DNA of 64,000 nucleotides from Selaginella moellendorffii (Eukaryota; Plantae; Lycopodiophyta): NCBI RefSeq assembly GCF_000143415.4, contig NW_003314296.1, positions 1 to 64,000 of the forward strand, read 5' to 3'. Shown piece by piece: positions 58,786 to 64,000 of this stretch (position 1 is its first letter; each line of letters starts with the position of its first letter). The notes under the pieces were generated by a model. It saw only the letters and a program-made list of their open reading frames with translations, ran no database searches and was not told where the DNA came from. The position numbers and the translations under genes were made by a program.

Positions 58786-59184
58786 TGCAACCATGAAATT
58801 ACAATTTAAACTAAATGTGGAAATATTTTCAATAGATATGGCACTGATGGAGATGTATCTGTAACTATTGCAACTGATTTTGCTTCAACATTTAATCAAA
58901 TAGCAGAGACAATGGTTTATTTTTACAATTTAAACAATGATGGCAATGATTTTGAAGCATGTTCTCTTGATCAATATACAAGGAGTGGGACATGTATTAA
59001 TTTTTTCTCAATGAGACATGGACTTTCTTCTAGTGGATTTCAATCAATAAGTGCTCCTTGGACTGTGGATTATATTAAAGTATCAAGCAATGGAATTACT
59101 CGCACCTTTCTGATATATAAAGAATTAAATCCAAACAAACCTGGTTTATCCACACCTCAATATGATTCAATTGATGTTAACTAG
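58786..59184 (+). pseudogene. PLAT/LH2 (ATS3 embryo-specific protein-like) pseudogene
   Basis: After an ttttgcag acceptor it reads CNHEITI*TKCG...GTDGDVSVTI...NQI...DFEACSLDQYT..TC...WTVDYIKVS, fitting the ATS3/PLAT pattern CxYxIxIxTxC..TxDxIS..GNQI..FExCSxDxF..W. In-frame TAA at 58807-58809. Confidence 0.55.
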
Positions 59185-59249
59185 TGCTAAAATTTAGCAT
59201 AAAAAACTATCAGAATAAATGCTTATATTTTGAAATTAAATTTTAGAAT

Positions 59250-59425
59250 TGTGACTGCTTGGAATATGGAAAGGGAATATAAAAAATATGCATATCAATT
59301 AGCCCAAAAACCCTAGTTTATATATAGGAGTGAATAGTCCAAATTAAAACCAATCTAATAGTTACCAAAATCCCACAACACTAATATTAGTATATGGCAT
59401 CGCAGCCATAAACTTGGCCCTCACA
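59250..59425 (-). repeat. 3' LTR (176 bp; TGTGA...TCACA)
   Basis: Direct repeat of 63195-63358 (tgcttggaatatggaaagggaata...caaaatcccac...ttggccctcaca); adjacent to the PPT. Confidence 0.88.
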
Positions 59426-61200
59426 TCATTCCCTTCTCTTGGAATAATGGAAGACTATCAAAGTTCTTTTATAGATGGGTCAGGATCTGAAGGAACGTCA
59501 GGAGGAGGTATAGGTGGATCTATAGGTGATATTAATTGCTTATGATCCCTTTGTATGAAGTGTTTCAACTATTGCACATACACAATGTCTAAAGGATCAG
59601 CCTGCTAGACGTTATGCCAAACTTCATAAACTTGTGGTCCAACTTGCTGCAACACCCGATATAGTCCTTTCTATTTGCTTTGCACCTTGTGGACACTTAA
59701 ACGTCAAATATAGTAACTGCTGACGGCATAGAATCCCTGTCTAGAAAATCCACAGATGCTGGAATAATAGGCTCATTAGAAACATGAGAACAGAGTGGAG
59801 AAGGAAGAGGAGCTCGAGAAAAAGCATCAGCATCAGCCATAGAACTCTCAGGGCGATGAACAACATCAAAATCATATATCTGATCAGCGCTCCGAGAAAC
59901 AGTGAGTATAGATCTCCTTACCCAATCGTTTCTAACAATCAATTATTTTTCCGCAGCTCGTGGAAGTTCCAGACGTTTCTTGGGAAGATATCGGCGGCCT
60001 GGAGTCAGTGAAGCGAGAACTTGAGGAGACAATGTGCTCTACAAACGTCCCAAAGAAAGTTTTGCCGAAGAAAAACTCACTCAAGCCAAGAGGCTCCACA
60101 TACCTCTCAAAGCCCACAGAGTAGTATGACCAACCAAGTTCTTTCACTTCAATAATGAAGTAATGGCAGCATGGTCACCTTCAAGTAACATCTGAGAACC
60201 ATGTAGATATGCATGACGTTTCTCGAAACCCCAAACTGCTACTAAACACTCCTTTTCTGTCGTGGAATATTTCACTTCTGTTGGTTGTAATATATGGCTT
60301 ATATATGCAATGGGATGGTGCTGACCAAGCACACTCGAACTCTCTTGCATTAACACACCTTCAAGACCAATATTAAAAGCATCCATGTGTAAAATAAAAA
60401 GTCGAGTGTAGTCAGGATATGCCAAAACCGGAGGAGTCATTAATAGCTCTTTGAGATCTATGAACACTCGCTCACAATCCGGAGACCAAATGAAAGATGA
60501 CGTTGATGACTTCAACAACACTTGCAATGGTGCAATGCAATTGGAAAGATGATCCACAAAACGACCAAGATATTACACCTAAGCGCTGCATATCATTCAC
60601 ACACTTCGGAGTAGGAAACATTATAATAGCCACAAGTTTGTCAAGATCACCTTGCAAACCCTTATGGGAAATATGGTACCGAAGATAAGTTGTGTCTTTG
60701 GACCCAAACACACATTTTGATCGCTTCAACCTTAAACTAACGTCTCGTAGTTGATCCAACACTTTACAAACATCACAAATGTGCTCCACCCATATCCCCT
60801 CCGAGTGGATCAAAATATCATCAATGAAGTAACAGTCACCTCCGGCATATCGCAAAAAATTTCATCCATTATCCATTGGAAAGTTGCTAGAGCATTGTTT
60901 AAACCAAACAGCATCACCAAGAATTTGTACAAACCAAATGGTGTAAAAAAAACAGTCTTAGGAAAATTTTTTTTAGCCATTGGTACTTGTTAGTACCCAG
61001 AAGCAAGATCTAGCTTAGTGAACCAATGACTTCACCCTAGACGATCCAAAAAATCAGCAGTGTGAGGAAGAGTGGTACACATTTGGGATCATTACTTCAT
61101 TTAACGGATGATAGTTGATGCAGAAACAAATACTCCCATCAAGCTTCATCACAATATGAGGTTCACATGCCCAAAAACTTAGTGGCCGAATGCGGTCTGC

Positions 61201-61300
61201 NNNNNNNNNNNNNNNNNNNNNNNNNNNNNNNNNNNNNNNNNNNNNNNNNNNNNNNNNNNNNNNNNNNNNNNNNNNNNNNNNNNNNNNNNNNNNNNNNNNN
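61201..61300. other. Assembly gap (100 N)
   Basis: Run of n characters. Confidence 1.
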
Positions 61301-63194
61301 GCTTATTTGCACATTGTAGTAAAATCTTGATCTTTCTAGGTGACCGATGACAAACAAGAACCTTAATTGGACGAGCATCCCAGTTAGAATCAGATGACGT
61401 ATGGCAATTTTGGCCTCAAACGATAAGTCAAATTCAAAAAGATTAGAATACTCCTTCATGAGCCGGTCAACTGATGCAACATAAAGATTGTTGGAGGGAT
61501 CAGAAAAGAAGATAGAAACATAGAAGGAAATAGTGGGGGGGGGGGGGGAATGTAATTGAAGTAGAGGTAAAAGTAGAAGGACAAAAGGGTACAGAAGTGA
61601 GAGGAATGGATAAAATATAAGGAAGTATGAACAAGAGGGAGAAACCTCAAAGTCACACTTGGCATGATTGCGCTGCAACTAATCTATACCAAAGATGAGG
61701 TCAAAAGCATGACTTGGCACCATCCGCAATGATTGCAACTCAAGTTCGAGATCACCCACATACACAACTCCGCCTCACCCCGTGCACATGCATGTGCATA
61801 ACTGTTGCCATAAAGAATGAAAATTAGTTCTACTGCATGATGCAAGTGTAGACGGCAATGTGTGGCAACAGGTCAAGCAATAGAAGATAAACTCGAACCT
61901 ATATCAACCAATACGGAGAGAATAATAAGAGACCTCTTGCTATAAAAACAAGTTTGGAAAGTAAACACTGGATGAACCAATGTTGAGTGCACCCCTTGAT
62001 GATACTCCCGAAAGAAAGATGAAGCGGTCACTGACTTATTCGCAAAGTCCCTCTGTTACTCACGCGACTCCTCATTTCCCGGATGCATCTCGGTGTCTAG
62101 ACCTTCCATTGTAGCAGCACCAACAAGACGTTGTTGATGCCAAGGTCTCCACCCAAGAAATGGAGGTCGCCAATCCAGAAAACACTGATAACGCTGATAA
62201 GTGTGATCAATTTCATCATATGCCCAATAGTGAATGTCACAACCACGACCACATTGTCGCCTTTGTCCTTGGACTCGAGCAGTAGCAGCATCAACCTCCA
62301 TTGGAACAAGACCATCACCCACAGGAAGTGGAGTGGAAGGATGGGAAGTGAGAAGTAGAAGAGGCAACATCTCATAACATTATGCCAAACAAAGAGTATC
62401 GTCAAAAGTGGCTAAAGCAAGTGTATACACAAGTCCGACAAAAGTGCTAGCCACAACATTCCTAGCTTGATCCGCTCCAACATATTTGGCTCCGCATGAA
62501 GCAAAAGGCTTCAGAAACGAACGCCAAATTGCATTGGCCCTTGATGAAAACAATGCAATTATTGGAAGGCATTATCATAATTGTCAGCATGTCCGAATGT
62601 GCATTTGAAGATGTCTAGGATAACACTCTAATCCCCATGAGTGGCTACACTCAAACCATTGTACCACTGCAATGCCATCCCTTGGAGACATGTGGGAAAC
62701 TCATGCAAACATCGAGCATCATCCCAAAAATGATATATAGCAATCACCGTGAAATGATCAAACCAATGGTACACATCATCCCTAGGATTCCCATAAAAGA
62801 ACTCCAGCCGAATGTGAGGATTGGCACCAAGAGCAGGAGGAGTTGTACCACGTGCCATGAACGCCGCTATCAATTGAGTTTGGTTGTTCAATTGCAATCA
62901 CACGGCATCAAGCAAATGCACTAACTGCTATTCTAGAGTTAGAGGAGGAGATTATTGCCCTAAAAATGAATGAAAAGGAAAGAGCAAAAGAAGAGAAATG
63001 AGAAGAAAACTAAAAGGAAAAGGGGATCTAGACAATAGAAAAGCTAGATCTAAACCAAAATCTTGAAAGGAAATAAACAAAAGAAAGGAAATAGAAAAAG
63101 CTACATCTAAACAATGCAAAAGTTAGATATAAACCAAAATTCTAAATCCAAACACTCCTCAAGAATAATGAAAGATGCCCTTTATCTCCATCAA

Positions 63195-63358
63195 TGTGAG
63201 TGCTTGGAATATGGAAAGGGAATACAAAACTGTGTATATTAATTAGCCCAACATATATACAAAAGCAAGTGGTCCGGATTGAAACTAATCTGACAGCTAC
63301 CAAAATCCCACTACATTAATATTAGTATATCATTATAACTATACATTTGGCCCTCACA
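63195..63358 (-). repeat. 5' LTR (164 bp; TGTGA...TCACA)
   Basis: Direct repeat of 59250-59425 with substitutions and indels. Confidence 0.88.
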
Positions 63359-64000
63359 GAATTAATTGTGTAGTACACTTTATCTCTCTCCCTTTAATCA
63401 ATTAGAAAAGGGGCAATTGTTTAAATGGGTATTTTATCTTTATATATCCCTTAAAGTTCCAAAAATTCATAATGATAATATATGTAATTTTTATTTTGTG
63501 ATCACATAAACTACACTCACCCCCTTTAAAGATATTAATGTTCATGTGAAATAATTACTCATCCCCTTGTATTGCAATCTTATATTAGTGTAAGTGACTA
63601 AATTTTTCCATTTTACTTTAGTCACTTCACCGCATCTCCAACCACTTGGAGGAGTCTCACTTACAACCTCCATAAGTCCTATTTCAAACTTGGGCTTGCT
63701 ATCCCCTAGAATGGCATCCCCGCCACTCAACCTTTGCACTTGGTCTAAGTGCCCCACATGTCCGATCCCATGACCGATACCCCAAGGTACCACTGACATA
63801 TCAGCCCGTTACGCTAAGGCCATGCCCCTTTACCTTGGTCACACCGGTGGTCTAACACCACCTGCATCACAGTCCCATCTCTCAAGGACTGGGCCATCCG
63901 TCCATGAGTGATCATTCCAGATCCACTCTTTAGCATCCTTAGGATGCCCACAGACATGGGGAATAGCCTTCCCCAATATCCTTTTTCCGGTCTTCACCAA

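Larger units (their letters stand above)
59250..63358 (-). mobile_element. Degenerate Ty3/Gypsy LTR retrotransposon
   Basis: Minus-strand order: gag remnant (62628-62897), protease-like LVDIGSS (~61895-61915), RT (FIDDIL), RNase H (PVLAYPDY..FILHMDA..HPIAYIS..YSTTEKECL). Many stops and frameshifts. Polypurine tract aagagaagggaatga (59426-59440, - strand); gaat on both flanks. Confidence 0.88.

Noticed and set aside
63542-64000. GC-richer segment, possibly the edge of another retroelement
   Set aside because: Truncated by the window end; no diagnostic motif.
1-64000. tRNA, rRNA or CRISPR arrays
   Set aside because: None recognised by inspection; a covariance-model scan was not possible.

Overview
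Eukaryotic land-plant genomic DNA. It is gene-dense with very short (about 50-70 nt) GT-AG introns and several PLS-class PPR genes, which fits a lycophyte such as Selaginella (inference, not confirmed). Recognisable intact genes: two CYP78 P450 paralogues, COX11, ARC5/DRP5B, a receptor-like kinase, SAMDC with its overlapping tiny and small uORFs, UVR3 (6-4) photolyase, three PLS-E PPRs and one PPR-DYW, a PCC13-62 ferritin-like protein, a B3 protein, a divergent Dof protein, an acid lipase, a BAHD acyltransferase and a GPI-type nsLTP. Decayed sequences: two CYP71-clan copies, a GDSL lipase, an F-box gene, a B3 gene, a PLAT/ATS3-like gene, a coiled-coil tail-anchored gene with an in-frame stop, a Ty3/Gypsy element with both LTRs, and an AT-rich foldback repeat family. 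The most unusual object is an intronless ~600-aa ORF (11457-13253) just downstream of COX11. It combines a STAND-like P-loop NTPase, a putative restriction-endonuclease-fold domain and a C-terminal Cys/His zinc motif, which is the Crinkler/RHS (CR) toxin-effector architecture without an obvious N-terminal header. All calls come from visual motif recognition; no database searches were run.
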